A DNA stretch of 64,000 bases from Planctomycetota bacterium (GTDB lineage: Bacteria; Planctomycetota; JAJSAM01; JAJVHW01): assembly GCA_965248445.1 (NCBI GenBank), contig CBDFJG010000003.1, positions 1,696,001-1,760,000 of the forward strand, written 5' to 3'. A program made the position numbers and the translations under genes. Below, piece after piece: positions 8,854 to 19,003 of the stretch. Numbering within the stretch: position 1 is the first letter of the stretch; every line of letters begins with the position of its first letter. Below the pieces are notes generated by a model. The model was given only the letters and a program-made list of their open reading frames with translations, did not search any database and was not told the DNA's origin.

Positions 8854-10031
8854 GCTCCCGGCGCGCGGAGATCCGGCTGGGGCTGACCATGCTCGCGTAC
8901 ATGGTCGTGGTGATCTCGCTCATCACGCTTGCGCCGTTCCGTTTCCACCGTCCCGAGACGTGGACGTTCGTGACGGAGGGCGACGGGTTCGACGTCGTGA
9001 TGAACGCCTTCCTGTTCAGCATCCCCGGGTTCCTGCTGCGGCTCACCACCGGCCGGCGACGGGACGCGTACTGCATCCTCCCGCTCCTCTTCGGCCTCGT
9101 GTTCAGCGCACTCCTCGAGGGCGGGCAGCTGTTCCTGGAGGGGCGGTTCACCAGCCCCGTCGATGTGGCTGCGAACGCGTTCGGCTGCTGGTGCGGCGCT
9201 CAGCTCCACGACGGGCTGGCCCGGCTGCTCGAACGCCGGCTGCCCGGCGTGCTGGCGCTCGAGTTGCCGCTCATGGGGATCGTCTACCTCATCGTGCCCC
9301 TGCTCTGGCTGCACGGGTACGCGAGCGAGGGGAGCGCTGATCGCGAGATGCTTGCTCTCCTGCCCGGACTCGTGGGCGGACTCCTACTCGCATCGGTCTG
9401 GCACCACCGGCTGCGCGCCGCGGGCGTGCTCGGACCGGTACGCGTCGCTCTGATCGCCGGCGGGTGGTTCATGGTCTGTTCGCTCACCGGCGTTCGCGAT
9501 CACGGCCAGCAGTTGCTGCTCGCCTCCGCGGGGCTCTCGGTGCTGGTCTGGCTGACTCTGGTCGCCCCGGCGTTCCTCGCGGTCCCCGGACGGCGATTCG
9601 AACGGACGAGCATCCTGCGGGTCGCGCCGATCTACCTTGCGTACGTCGTTTTCCTGTCGCTCTGGCCGTGGTCCGGCGGTCTGGCGATGAGCGGACTCGA
9701 AGTCAGCGTGCACTACGTCGACTTCGACACGCTCCCAGGTCAGGTTCAGATGCTGCGCGAGCTCGAGTACCTTGCGGCGGCGACGCTGGGTGGGTACTTG
9801 CTGGCGGAGAGCGTTGGACGGCACGAGTCGCGGGCCTCGCTCGCGCTGGTCGCCGCGACGATTGTCGTGATTGCAGCCGCGATCGAGCTACTGCGCGGCT
9901 TTCATCCGGAGTATGCCGCCAGCCTCCTTCGTTTCGCATTCGCGGCGGTCTCCACGGTCTTCGGTGCGGCGATCTACGGCCGGCAGCTCGACGCCGTGCG
10001 GAAACTGGTCGGCGAGATTGCCGCCGACTGA
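8850..10031 (+). CDS. VanZ-family multi-pass membrane protein
   Basis: TLAPF, DVVMN.FLF.IPG, S..LE.GQLFL.GRF.S..DV.AN..G; about 11 hydrophobic segments; ATGA overlap. Confidence 0.82.
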   Translation: MSSRRAEIRLGLTMLAYMVVVISLITLAPFRFHRPETWTFVTEGDGFDVVMNAFLFSIPGFLLRLTTGRRRDAYCILPLLFGLVFSALLEGGQLFLEGRFTSPVDVAANAFGCWCGAQLHDGLARLLERRLPGVLALELPLMGIVYLIVPLLWLHGYASEGSADREMLALLPGLVGGLLLASVWHHRLRAAGVLGPVRVALIAGGWFMVCSLTGVRDHGQQLLLASAGLSVLVWLTLVAPAFLAVPGRRFERTSILRVAPIYLAYVVFLSLWPWSGGLAMSGLEVSVHYVDFDTLPGQVQMLRELEYLAAATLGGYLLAESVGRHESRASLALVAATIVVIAAAIELLRGFHPEYAASLLRFAFAAVSTVFGAAIYGRQLDAVRKLVGEIAAD

Positions 10032-10052
10032 GTCGTTCGCGTCCGCCGCCCC

Positions 10053-11054
10053 GTGGCGAACAATGCGCCCGTGCCCGACCGCGTGAACGCCGACCTCCGC
10101 CAGATCAGCGTCGGGCGTGCGCTCGCAGCCGGCCTCGCGATGGGAACTGCCGACGCGGTCCCGGGCGTCTCCGGCGGCACGATCGCGCTCATCATCGGCA
10201 TCTACGAGCGGCTGATCGGCGCGCTGCATGCCGCGACCTCACTGGTTCGCCCTCCGTACGACCGCGCGTCGTGGCGTGCGTTCCGCGGCTCGCTGCCGTT
10301 CCTGGTGCCGTTGTTCGTCGGAATCGCAGTGGCACTGTTCGTCGCGACCAAACTGCTGGTCGGCGACGTGCCCCGACCGGAGGGTGGGAACGGTCAGCAG
10401 CTCGCGCAGCAATTGCTCACCACGCCGCCGAAGGGCTGGCTTGTGCGGCCGGACGCTGCACCGATCGTGTTCGCGTTCTTCTTCGGTCTCGTCGTGTGCA
10501 GCGTCAACGTGCCCTGGAAGGCCAAGCGCGAGACGCGCGGCGTCGACTGGCTGCTCTTGCTCGTGGGGGCCGCGCTTGCCGCTGGCATGTCACTCGCGAC
10601 GCCGGCGGGCGGCGCGACGACACCACTCGCGCTGCTCGGTGCGGGAGTCGTGGGAATCTCCGTCATGCTGCTGCCCGGCGTGAGCGGAAGCCTCGCGCTG
10701 CTCGTGCTCGGGATGTATCAACCGATCTCGGGCGCAGTTCACTCGCGTGAGTGGGGCATCCTCGCGTGGTTCGGACTCGGCCTCGTGCTCGGCGTCACGT
10801 TCTTCGTGCCCGTATTGCGGCAGCTGCTCGCCCGCGCGCACGACCGTACCATGTCGTTCCTCACCGGCCTGATGGCAGGCAGTCTCGTGGCGCTCTGGCC
10901 GTGGAAGGCGCACTACCTCCCACGGTTCATCGAGTGGCTGGGACCGATGGAGCCCGGCGCGCCCACGGGTTCGTGGTGGTGGCCGGCGCTCGCCGCCGTC
11001 GCGGGCGGCGCCGTCATCCTGTCGGTCGCGCGGCTGGCCCGCGCGACCGATTGA
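10053..11054 (+). CDS. DUF368 family protein (undecaprenyl-phosphate translocase type)
   Basis: G.AMG.AD.VPGVSGGTIALI.GIYERLI and a second LPGVSGS..LL.LG.Y motif. Confidence 0.93.
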   Translation: MANNAPVPDRVNADLRQISVGRALAAGLAMGTADAVPGVSGGTIALIIGIYERLIGALHAATSLVRPPYDRASWRAFRGSLPFLVPLFVGIAVALFVATKLLVGDVPRPEGGNGQQLAQQLLTTPPKGWLVRPDAAPIVFAFFFGLVVCSVNVPWKAKRETRGVDWLLLLVGAALAAGMSLATPAGGATTPLALLGAGVVGISVMLLPGVSGSLALLVLGMYQPISGAVHSREWGILAWFGLGLVLGVTFFVPVLRQLLARAHDRTMSFLTGLMAGSLVALWPWKAHYLPRFIEWLGPMEPGAPTGSWWWPALAAVAGGAVILSVARLARATD

Positions 11055-11074
11055 GTCGTCTGAGACGGTCTCCG

Positions 11075-11620
11075 CTAGGCCCTGTAGATCTCGACGCGTT
11101 CGAGGGTCGTCTTGCCGTTGCCGGCGGCCGCGATCTGTGCGACCAGCTCGACGCCGGAGGTCACCTTGCCGAACACGGTGTGCTTGCCGTCCAGATGCGG
11201 AGTGGCGACCTCGGTGATGAAGAACTGCGAGCCGTTCGTGGCGGGGCCGGCGTTGGCCATCGAGAGCACACCCGGCACGTCGTGCGTGAGATCCGCGACG
11301 ATCTCGTCGCCGAACGACCAGCCCGGGCCGCCCGTCCCGTTGCCCTTCGGACAGCCGCACTGGATCATGAACTGCGGGATGACGCGATGGAACGCCATGT
11401 CCTGGTAGAGCGGTTCGTTCGACGCTCCGCCGGTCGGCGTCTTCCACTCGACCGTGCCGCTTGAGAGGGCCACGAAGTTCCGGATCGTCTCCGGCGCCTG
11501 CTTCTCGTAGAGCTCCGCTTCGAGGTTGCCGGCCGACGTCACGAAACGCGCCATCAGCGCTCCGTCACCCTCCACGCTCACCTCGGGGGCCGGAGAGCCC
11601 TTCTTTCCCTTACCGAACAT
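11075..11620 (-). CDS. Cyclophilin-type peptidyl-prolyl isomerase
   Basis: FHRVIPQFMIQ.G.P.G.GTGGPG, LSMANAGP.TNGSQFFIT, HLDGKHTVFG. Confidence 0.96.
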   Translation of the reverse strand: MFGKGKKGSPAPEVSVEGDGALMARFVTSAGNLEAELYEKQAPETIRNFVALSSGTVEWKTPTGGASNEPLYQDMAFHRVIPQFMIQCGCPKGNGTGGPGWSFGDEIVADLTHDVPGVLSMANAGPATNGSQFFITEVATPHLDGKHTVFGKVTSGVELVAQIAAAGNGKTTLERVEIYRA

Positions 11621-11636
11621 CGTGTCCTCCTGTGCG

Positions 11637-12386
11637 CTACGCGGCGCTGGTCGATTTCTCCGGCCGCTGCTGCGGCCGTGTGCTGTCTTCGTCGAACGGA
11701 CAGTTCTCGTCCCGTCGCCGTTCCAGGTCGCGCACCACGGCGCGCTTGAACCCCCTTTCGCCGGCCAACGCGAGCATCTCCTCGCGGTACTCCGCGATGT
11801 CCACACTCTCGTAGCGCAGGCGAACCGTCTGGAACAGGCTGGGCAACTTCTCCCCGGGAGCCTGAATGCTGTGCAGGCCGCCGCTGTACCCGATCACCAT
11901 GCGTCCGCATGGGATCGTCTTGATGATGTCGGCGACCCCTCCACGCACCGTCATCGGGCGCCCGTCCTTGTCGAGTCCGTCCCGCCGCATCATCCGGCCC
12001 TCGGGCATCATCACGATGACCGAGTCGGGCTGGATGGCCGCCAACATCTCGGACCACGTCGAGTCCCGCTTCCTGCTGACCGTGATGACCTGCGCCGCGA
12101 TCGAGCGGAAGAAGAGGCCGGCAAGGGGTCGCTTGAGGGTCACGTCGGCGATCGGCAGCGCACCGACCGTCGCCATGCGCCACAGGATGCGGTTGGGGAT
12201 GGCCGCCGTGAACACGGGCTCGAACAGGCTGGTGTGGTTCAGCAGGATGCCGACGCGCATGTCCCGCCACGGGTCTTCGTCGTCCGGGGTCCCCGGAACC
12301 CACTCGTGCCGGACCCGGAAGAACAGCCACGAGAGCATTCTCACGGAGAACAGCACAACGAAGACGAACGCTGCGCGCACGCTCAC
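11637..12386 (-). CDS. PlsC-like lysophospholipid acyltransferase
   Basis: NHTSLFE (HxxxxD/E) and MPEGRM motifs. Confidence 0.8.
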   Translation of the reverse strand: MSVRAAFVFVVLFSVRMLSWLFFRVRHEWVPGTPDDEDPWRDMRVGILLNHTSLFEPVFTAAIPNRILWRMATVGALPIADVTLKRPLAGLFFRSIAAQVITVSRKRDSTWSEMLAAIQPDSVIVMMPEGRMMRRDGLDKDGRPMTVRGGVADIIKTIPCGRMVIGYSGGLHSIQAPGEKLPSLFQTVRLRYESVDIAEYREEMLALAGERGFKRAVVRDLERRRDENCPFDEDSTRPQQRPEKSTSAA

Positions 12387-12605
12387 GCCCCCGGCCCCGG
12401 TGCAGCCTCCATCTGGTCCTGTCTACCGCACGAGGCGGCCCTCCCGGAGGCGATCCCGGGCGGGGAGCCGGATGCCGGGAACAGGGGCCTGCCCGCCGGC
12501 TGTTCGAGGGACGGCCGGGATCCCCGCGCCGCAAATCCGACTAATCTGGGATGCTCCGGACCGGCCCGGTGCGCAGGCAGGCAGGAACCCAGGACAGGGA
12601 CAACC

Positions 12606-13982
12606 ATGAAACGAATCATCATCCTGACGGCAGCGGTGCTGCTCACCGGCATCTCGTTGCCGCAGCCCGTGCGGGCGATGCCTGCGAACTTCGCGCTGTT
12701 CGCGCCCGTCGAGACGGAACTGATCCGGCGCCTCGACGAGGAGCTCACCGGCACGCTGGACCGCGCCGAGAAGAAGCAGCAGCGCGCCGTCAAATCGGCG
12801 TTGAAGAAGTTCCGCAAGTCGTCGCCGGGACTGTCGAAAGATTTCCAGGTGGCTCAGCAGACGTCCAAGAAGCTCGCGAAGGCGTACCCCGATGAGTTCC
12901 CCGACGCAGGCACGCTGGGCACTCTCTACTCGACGCTGCTGGACGAGATGCAGATCGTGCTGGCCGAGTCGCGCGAGGTGACGGCGGCGCGCGCACCCGA
13001 CTCCGCTGCGAAGCCGGAGGACATCCTCGCCGCAGCCGTCATCAAGTCCGACGCCGCGGTGACGGTGGCGGACGCACAGACCACCGTGGACGGGAGAGCG
13101 AAGCAGCTGCGCAAGGCCGCCAAGGCGCTCGAGGCCGGGAACAAGAAGGCGAGCAAGAAGCGATTCGGCGACTACATGACCGCCGCGATCGAGGGCGTGC
13201 AGTTCGTCGCTGCGGACATCACAGCGAGTTTCACGCCCACGATTCTCGGGTCGGAGGAAGGAGACATCGTCGACGTCTCCGGCTCGTTCACGACAGCCGG
13301 TGGCGACCTCTGTGAGCTCGGTTTCTCGGCCGTCGAGATCACGAAGAGGGGGACCTACACGCTTTCCGGTACCGCGACGGCCTCGGTCTCGGAGACCCCG
13401 TTCGGTGAAGCGCAACGGGGTTTCGTACTCGTTCCTGGCTCGGGATCACTGGTGGTCAAGAAGTTCGACCTGAAGAACCCGTGGATCGAGGGAACGTTCT
13501 CCTTCGAGGCAGACGGACCCGACGGTTCGCGCTCCGTGATGCTCGGCGCGTTCGGCGTCGCGCCCACCATTTCCACCGGCGGCGGCCCCGGCTCGCAATC
13601 CGTGTCGTATGAGTGGGACGGCAACCTCGTGAACGCCGCCGATGAGACGATCGTGATCCGGTATCTGCAAGGGACCGGAGAGTTTTTCATCGAGGCAGGG
13701 CGCGTCGACCTGACGTTCGGTCTCACCGATGCCGTGACGATCGCAGCGACGGGCGTCACCGTTGCCGACACGTTCGCGGTGGGGGCCGGTGCGGACGGTG
13801 TGTTCAGCCAGCCGCCTCTCGACCCCGCGCCGCTCGTCACCGGTGCGCTCGTCATCACGTCTCTCGACGTGCCGGGCAAGAGCGCGGAGGGCACTTTCTC
13901 GTTCACCGCGATGCGCGACGCGACGACCATCACCATCGCGAGTGGCGAATTCTCGACGACGCAGCTCGACGTCCAGGAGTAG
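12606..13982 (+). CDS. Secreted protein: Lys/Ala-rich helical N-half plus two tandem beta-rich domains
   Basis: Signal peptide MKRIIILTAAVLL; repeats GSLVVKKFDL...IEGTFSFEA and GALVITSLDV...AEGTFSFTA. Confidence 0.75.
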   Translation: MKRIIILTAAVLLTGISLPQPVRAMPANFALFAPVETELIRRLDEELTGTLDRAEKKQQRAVKSALKKFRKSSPGLSKDFQVAQQTSKKLAKAYPDEFPDAGTLGTLYSTLLDEMQIVLAESREVTAARAPDSAAKPEDILAAAVIKSDAAVTVADAQTTVDGRAKQLRKAAKALEAGNKKASKKRFGDYMTAAIEGVQFVAADITASFTPTILGSEEGDIVDVSGSFTTAGGDLCELGFSAVEITKRGTYTLSGTATASVSETPFGEAQRGFVLVPGSGSLVVKKFDLKNPWIEGTFSFEADGPDGSRSVMLGAFGVAPTISTGGGPGSQSVSYEWDGNLVNAADETIVIRYLQGTGEFFIEAGRVDLTFGLTDAVTIAATGVTVADTFAVGAGADGVFSQPPLDPAPLVTGALVITSLDVPGKSAEGTFSFTAMRDATTITIASGEFSTTQLDVQE

Positions 13983-14008
13983 CGGCCGCGACGGCCGGCC
14001 CAAGCGGG

Positions 14009-15826
14009 CTAGCTGCGCTGGCGCTCGTCGCGCTTGCGCAAGCTGTGGTCCAAGATGCGCTTACGGACGCGGATGCTCTGTGGCGTGACTTCCACGAGTT
14101 CGTCGTCGCCGATGAACTCCAGCGCCTCTTCGAGTGACATGACGCGCGGTGGCGTGAGAACGATGTTCTCGTCACTGCCCGCTGCACGCACGTTCGTGAG
14201 CTTCTTGCCGCGATGCGGGTTCACGACGAGATCGTTGTCGCGGTTGTTGATGCCGACGATCTGCCCGTGATACGTCTTCTCTCCCGGCGCGACGAGCAGC
14301 ACGCCTCGCTCCTGGAGCGTGAAGAGCGTGTACCCGGCGCACGCGCCGTCGTCCTGCGAGACCAGTACGCCGTTCTTGCGCGGCTTGCGCCGCGGCTTTG
14401 CCGGTCCATAGTGGCTGAACAGATGGACTAGCGTTCCCGTGCCGCGCGTGTCGGTCACGAACTCGGAGCGATAGCCGATCAGGCCGCGGCTCGGCACGGT
14501 CCAGCGCATGCGCGTCTGACCGTCCGGCGCCGTGAGCAGTTCGTCGAGTTGTCCGCCGCGCTGGTTCAGCTTCTGGATCACGCTGCCGGAGTGCTGCTCG
14601 TGACAGTCGGCCACGACCTCCTCGTAGGGTTCCTCCATCTTTCCGTCACGCTCGCGGCGGATGACCCGCGGGCGGCTGACCGAGAGCTCGTAGCCCTCCC
14701 GGCGCATCGTCTCGATGAGCACGGACAGGTGCAGCGTGCCTCGCCCCGCGACGTTGAACGTCTCCCGGGTCGGTCCGGGTCCGATACGCAAGCCGACGTT
14801 TGCCAGCGCCTCGCGTTCGAGGCGCTCTCCGATCTGGCGACTCGTGACGTACTTGCCCTCGCGGCCTGCGAACGGGCTGGTGTTCGCCGAGAACGTCATC
14901 GCGAGGGTCGGCTCGTCGATGTGCAGCGTCTCCAGCGGTTCCGGACAGTCGACCGGACAGAGCGTATCGCCGACCGTGGCCGTGCCGGCGCCGGCCAGCG
15001 CGACGATGTCGCCCGCCTGAGCGGACTCGACGTCCACGCGCTCCAGTCCGTCGAAGCTCATCAGCTTCGTGACCTTGAACTGCTCCCGTTCGCCGTCGGT
15101 CTTGCAGATCACAGCCTGCATCCCGCGTGAGATCGAACCCCGGCGGATGCGGCCGATGGCGATGCGGCCGAGGAACTCGGAGTAGTCCAGGGTCGCGACC
15201 TGGAGCTGGAGCGGCGCGTCGACGTCGGACGGCGGCGGTGGAACGTGCTCGACGATCGCCTCGAACAGCGGCGTCAGGTCCTTGCGTTCGTCGTCGAGCT
15301 CGTGCATCGCCCAGCCGTCGCGGGCGGACGCATAGATGTGTGGGAAGTCGAGCTGCGCATCCGTGGCCTCGAGGTTGACGAATAGGTCGAAGACCTCGGA
15401 GAGCGCGTCGTCGCTGCGCTCCGGAGCGCGGTCCACCTTGTTGATGACGACGATCGCCTTGTGGCCGAGTTCCAGCGCCTTGGACAGGACGTATCGCGTC
15501 TGCGGCATGGGTCCTTCGGCCGCATCGACGATCAGGAGCACGCCGTCGACCATGCGGAGCACGCGCTCGACCTCGCTGCCGAAGTCGGAGTGGCCGGGAG
15601 TGTCGATCACGTTGATCCGGAACCCGCCCCACGTGACGGACGTGTTCTTCGACAGGATCGTGATGCCGCGCTCGCGTTCCTGGTCGTTCGAGTCCGTGAC
15701 TCGATCGGTCAGCTGCGCGCCCTCGCGGAATGCGCCGGCCTGCTGGAGGAGCACGTCCACGAGAGTCGTCTTCCCGTGATCCACGTGGGCCACGATGGCC
15801 ACATTTCGGATTGCGCGCGGGGGCAT
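14009..15826 (-). CDS. typA: Translational GTPase TypA/BipA
   Basis: IRNVAIVAHVDHGKTTLVD, ERERGITILSK, DTPGHSDF, GRGTLHLSVLIETMRREGYE, KKLTNVRAAGSDE. Confidence 0.98.
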   Translation of the reverse strand: MPPRAIRNVAIVAHVDHGKTTLVDVLLQQAGAFREGAQLTDRVTDSNDQERERGITILSKNTSVTWGGFRINVIDTPGHSDFGSEVERVLRMVDGVLLIVDAAEGPMPQTRYVLSKALELGHKAIVVINKVDRAPERSDDALSEVFDLFVNLEATDAQLDFPHIYASARDGWAMHELDDERKDLTPLFEAIVEHVPPPPSDVDAPLQLQVATLDYSEFLGRIAIGRIRRGSISRGMQAVICKTDGEREQFKVTKLMSFDGLERVDVESAQAGDIVALAGAGTATVGDTLCPVDCPEPLETLHIDEPTLAMTFSANTSPFAGREGKYVTSRQIGERLEREALANVGLRIGPGPTRETFNVAGRGTLHLSVLIETMRREGYELSVSRPRVIRRERDGKMEEPYEEVVADCHEQHSGSVIQKLNQRGGQLDELLTAPDGQTRMRWTVPSRGLIGYRSEFVTDTRGTGTLVHLFSHYGPAKPRRKPRKNGVLVSQDDGACAGYTLFTLQERGVLLVAPGEKTYHGQIVGINNRDNDLVVNPHRGKKLTNVRAAGSDENIVLTPPRVMSLEEALEFIGDDELVEVTPQSIRVRKRILDHSLRKRDERQRS

Positions 15827-15972
15827 GGGGGGAGAGGACCAGCCGTCGAGACGGCGGTCAACAAAGGGCGGGCCCCGCTCCGGCCGGGTGGCAAGGAGGG
15901 CGGCTTGCGTGGCTGCGTCCCTCTGCGCGCACGGAGCGCGACCCGGCGAGCGGGAAATCGTACCCTCGCCGC

Positions 15973-17058
15973 ATGCCGCCCGGCGCCCCCCCGACCGACC
16001 TCCGCGACCTGACGCGTGAGGAGTGCCGCGCGTTCGCCGAATCGCTCGGCGAGCCGGCATATCGCGGCGATCAGGTGTTTCGGTGGGTCTGGCGCAGCGG
16101 GGCTCGCGATTGTGCGTCGATGACGAACCTCCCCGCGGATCTCCGTACGACCCTCTCCGATAACGCCCGCGTCAGCGCTGCCGAGACCGTGCGTGTGGAC
16201 GAGAGCCTCGACGGCACGCGGAAACTGCTCATACGGTTGGAGGACGGGAACCTCGTCGAGACAGTTCTCATCCCCGACGGAGAGCGCCTCACTCTTTGCG
16301 TCTCGTCGCAGGTGGGGTGCGCGCTGGCGTGTGCGTTCTGTGCGACGGGCACCATGGGACTTGCGCGTCACATGCGGCCGGGCGAGATCGTGTGGCAGGT
16401 CCTGGCGGCCCAACGTGTGCTGATGGGCGACGACGCCGACTGGCGAAAATCCGATCCCGCCAGCCGACCTGTCACGAACATCGTGTTCATGGGCATGGGC
16501 GAACCGCTTCACAACTTCAAGGGCACGATGGCGGCGCTCCGCATCCTGACCGACGCCGACGCGTTCTCGTACGCACCGCACCGCATCACGGTCTCGACGG
16601 TGGGGCTCGTTCCGCAGATGATCGAACTGGGCGAGACGATCCCGGTTCGACTCGCCGTGTCGTTGCACGCGGGGGACGCCGAGACGCGGCGGGAGATCAT
16701 GCCCATCGATCGCAAGTACTCGATGGACGAGGTGCTCGCCGCCTGCCGCCGCTTCCCGCTGAAGGCGCGTGAGCGCATCACGTTCGAATACGTGCTTCTC
16801 GCAGGCGTGAACGACCGGCCCGAGGACGCTCGCAATCTGGCGACTGCGCTCGACGGAATGCGTTGCATGGTCAATCTGCTCCCGTTCAACGAGCACGACG
16901 GTGCGCGCTTCACGCGGCCGGACGACAAGAGCGTCGCCGCCTTCTCCGAGAGTCTGCGGGCCGTCGGTGTCTCTACGTTCGTGCGCACGACGCGTGGGCG
17001 GGACATCGCCGCAGCGTGCGGCCAACTGGCGGTCGCCGACACCGGGGCTGCGACGTGA
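15973..17058 (+). CDS. rlmN: 23S rRNA A2503 C2-methyltransferase (radical SAM)
   Basis: CVSSQVGCALACAFCATG, NIVFMGMGEP, ITVSTVG, AACGQL. Confidence 0.97.
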   Translation: MPPGAPPTDLRDLTREECRAFAESLGEPAYRGDQVFRWVWRSGARDCASMTNLPADLRTTLSDNARVSAAETVRVDESLDGTRKLLIRLEDGNLVETVLIPDGERLTLCVSSQVGCALACAFCATGTMGLARHMRPGEIVWQVLAAQRVLMGDDADWRKSDPASRPVTNIVFMGMGEPLHNFKGTMAALRILTDADAFSYAPHRITVSTVGLVPQMIELGETIPVRLAVSLHAGDAETRREIMPIDRKYSMDEVLAACRRFPLKARERITFEYVLLAGVNDRPEDARNLATALDGMRCMVNLLPFNEHDGARFTRPDDKSVAAFSESLRAVGVSTFVRTTRGRDIAAACGQLAVADTGAAT

Positions 17059-18428
17059 GCCCGCTTCCGAAGCCCGGCGACAGCCAGTTGAGCGAGGGCA
17101 CCATGCTGGCGCACTACCGCGTCGAGGCGCCGCTCGGCCGCGGCGCCATGGGAACCGTCTACCTCGCCCACGACACGTCGCTCGAGCGATCCGTAGCCGT
17201 GAAGGTGCTGCACAGCGAGATCGCTCGCGAGCCGGACATCGCCCGCCGCTTCGAGCGCGAGGCCCGGGCCGCTGCGCGCGTGAGCCACCCGAACATCACG
17301 CACGTGTACTTCGTCGGCGGCGACGACGACCAGCGCTTCTTCGTGATGGAGTACGTGCCCGGCGAGAGCCTCTACGAGCACGTCCAGGAGTGGGGCGCCC
17401 TTCCGTTCGACCAGGCGCTCGATGTCCTGCGCGACGCCGCGCGCGGGCTGTCGGCTGCCCACGAGGCCGGTGTCATCCATCGCGACGTGAAGCCGTCGAA
17501 CCTCATGTTCCTTCCGGACGGCTCCGTGAAGGTGGCGGACTTCGGTCTCGCCAAGTCGCTCGGCGGAGACATGGACGCCACGGGCGCGGGCCGCGTGATG
17601 GGCACACCGCGCTACATGAGCCCCGAGCAGTGCAAGGGCGACGAGATCGACGCCCGCACCGACGTCTACTCGCTGGGCCTCACGGGTTTCTTTCTGCTCA
17701 GCGGGATGCACGCATTCGACGGCGAGACACTCGGCAGGGTGATCGCAGATCAGTTGAACAAGCGGTTGCCCGACGTGACGACGCTGCGTGAGGATCTGCC
17801 GGTCTCGGCCCACACGCTGCTTGTGAGGTTGTGCGCGAAAGATCCCGATGACCGTCCCGGTTCGATGCAGGAGGTGCTGCGCCTCATCGAGGACGCCCGG
17901 CCGAAGACGATCGATCCGGCGCCGCTCTTCTCGCGCGGCGGAGCCTTCCTGATCGACGCGTTCCTCGCGTTCGTCCTGTTCCTGGTCAGCTACGTGACGG
18001 TCGAGGGGATCACGTTCTCGATCTTCGAGGGCGTGATCGGAGAGTGGGTGCGCCGCATCCTGATGATCGCGGTCGCCGGCGGCCTGCAACTGATGCTGCT
18101 GGTCGGGATGGAGCGGCGCTGGGGCGCCACCCCCGGGAAGCTGGCCTTCCAACTGTGTGTGGTGACTGCGGTCGGCACACAGCCTTCGTGGCGTGCCTTG
18201 ATCGTGCGCTTCGTGTTGCGACTGCCGATCTTCGCACTCCTGATCTTGCCTGGTCCGGAGACCTGGGTCATCGCGTTCCTGGCCGTGATCGCACTCCAGG
18301 TTCTGTTCATCGTGACGGGTGTTGTGTGCTTCGTGATCCTGGACCGCCGCACGATGAGCGACGTGATGACCGGGACCCGCGTCGTGCACCAGGCCGCCCC
18401 GACGGCCATCGAAGTCGCAGCGGACTGA
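17055..18428 (+). CDS. Ser/Thr protein kinase with C-terminal RDD membrane domain
   Basis: GRGAMG, VAVK, HRDVKPSN, DFG, GTPRYMSPEQ; RDD features R..AFLID, G.TPGK, D...GTRVV. Confidence 0.93.
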   Translation: MSPLPKPGDSQLSEGTMLAHYRVEAPLGRGAMGTVYLAHDTSLERSVAVKVLHSEIAREPDIARRFEREARAAARVSHPNITHVYFVGGDDDQRFFVMEYVPGESLYEHVQEWGALPFDQALDVLRDAARGLSAAHEAGVIHRDVKPSNLMFLPDGSVKVADFGLAKSLGGDMDATGAGRVMGTPRYMSPEQCKGDEIDARTDVYSLGLTGFFLLSGMHAFDGETLGRVIADQLNKRLPDVTTLREDLPVSAHTLLVRLCAKDPDDRPGSMQEVLRLIEDARPKTIDPAPLFSRGGAFLIDAFLAFVLFLVSYVTVEGITFSIFEGVIGEWVRRILMIAVAGGLQLMLLVGMERRWGATPGKLAFQLCVVTAVGTQPSWRALIVRFVLRLPIFALLILPGPETWVIAFLAVIALQVLFIVTGVVCFVILDRRTMSDVMTGTRVVHQAAPTAIEVAAD

Positions 18429-18434
18429 GAGAGG

Positions 18435-18947
18435 TCAGTCCGCCGCCGGCGTCTCGCAAGCGGAAGCGAACCCGAGTGCGCGCTTGATCCGCGGGAATGC
18501 ACCGGCCGCTGCGATGCCGAGCGCTAGTTCCGCCAGCGCGCGGTCTCCGATCCGCGCGCGGATGTTCTCCCGCGGTGCGTCGCCGTCTTCGTGCGAGCCG
18601 ACGACGGCGCGCGCGAACTCTGCGACCTCCGCCAGGTCGTCGGGAAGATCGGAGAAGCGCCCGTCACGCGCTGCGACGACGATCTCGCGCTCGACTCCCG
18701 CCTTTGCCGCCGCGCGCTCCTCGATCCGGACGCACGGTCCGCAGTCCTCGTGGCGGGCGGCGACGATCCGGGCGACGTGCCAGTCCGCGGCCGGGGCGGC
18801 GCTGCGGCACTCGCTCACGCCGAGCAGCTTCGCGAAGCGCAGGAACGTCGGGATGGACGCATCCACGATGAACCTCGCGTAGTCCATCGACTCACCGAGG
18901 TCGCGCTCGGCGGCGCCCAGTCGATTGCGAATCACGGCTCTCAGCAT
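18435..18947 (-). CDS. AhpD/carboxymuconolactone-decarboxylase-like protein
   Basis: EDCGPC CxxC motif; FPRIKRALG C-terminus. Confidence 0.75.
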   Translation of the reverse strand: MLRAVIRNRLGAAERDLGESMDYARFIVDASIPTFLRFAKLLGVSECRSAAPAADWHVARIVAARHEDCGPCVRIEERAAAKAGVEREIVVAARDGRFSDLPDDLAEVAEFARAVVGSHEDGDAPRENIRARIGDRALAELALGIAAAGAFPRIKRALGFASACETPAAD

Positions 18948-19003
18948 GGTCTCGGCCCTCGCGTGGGTGCGAACCTCTGGACAGTGCGTCAGCGGGCCGG
19001 CAG

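Noticed and set aside
17055..18428. Kinase-RDD fusion as novel
   Set aside because: A recurrent architecture in kinase-rich bacteria
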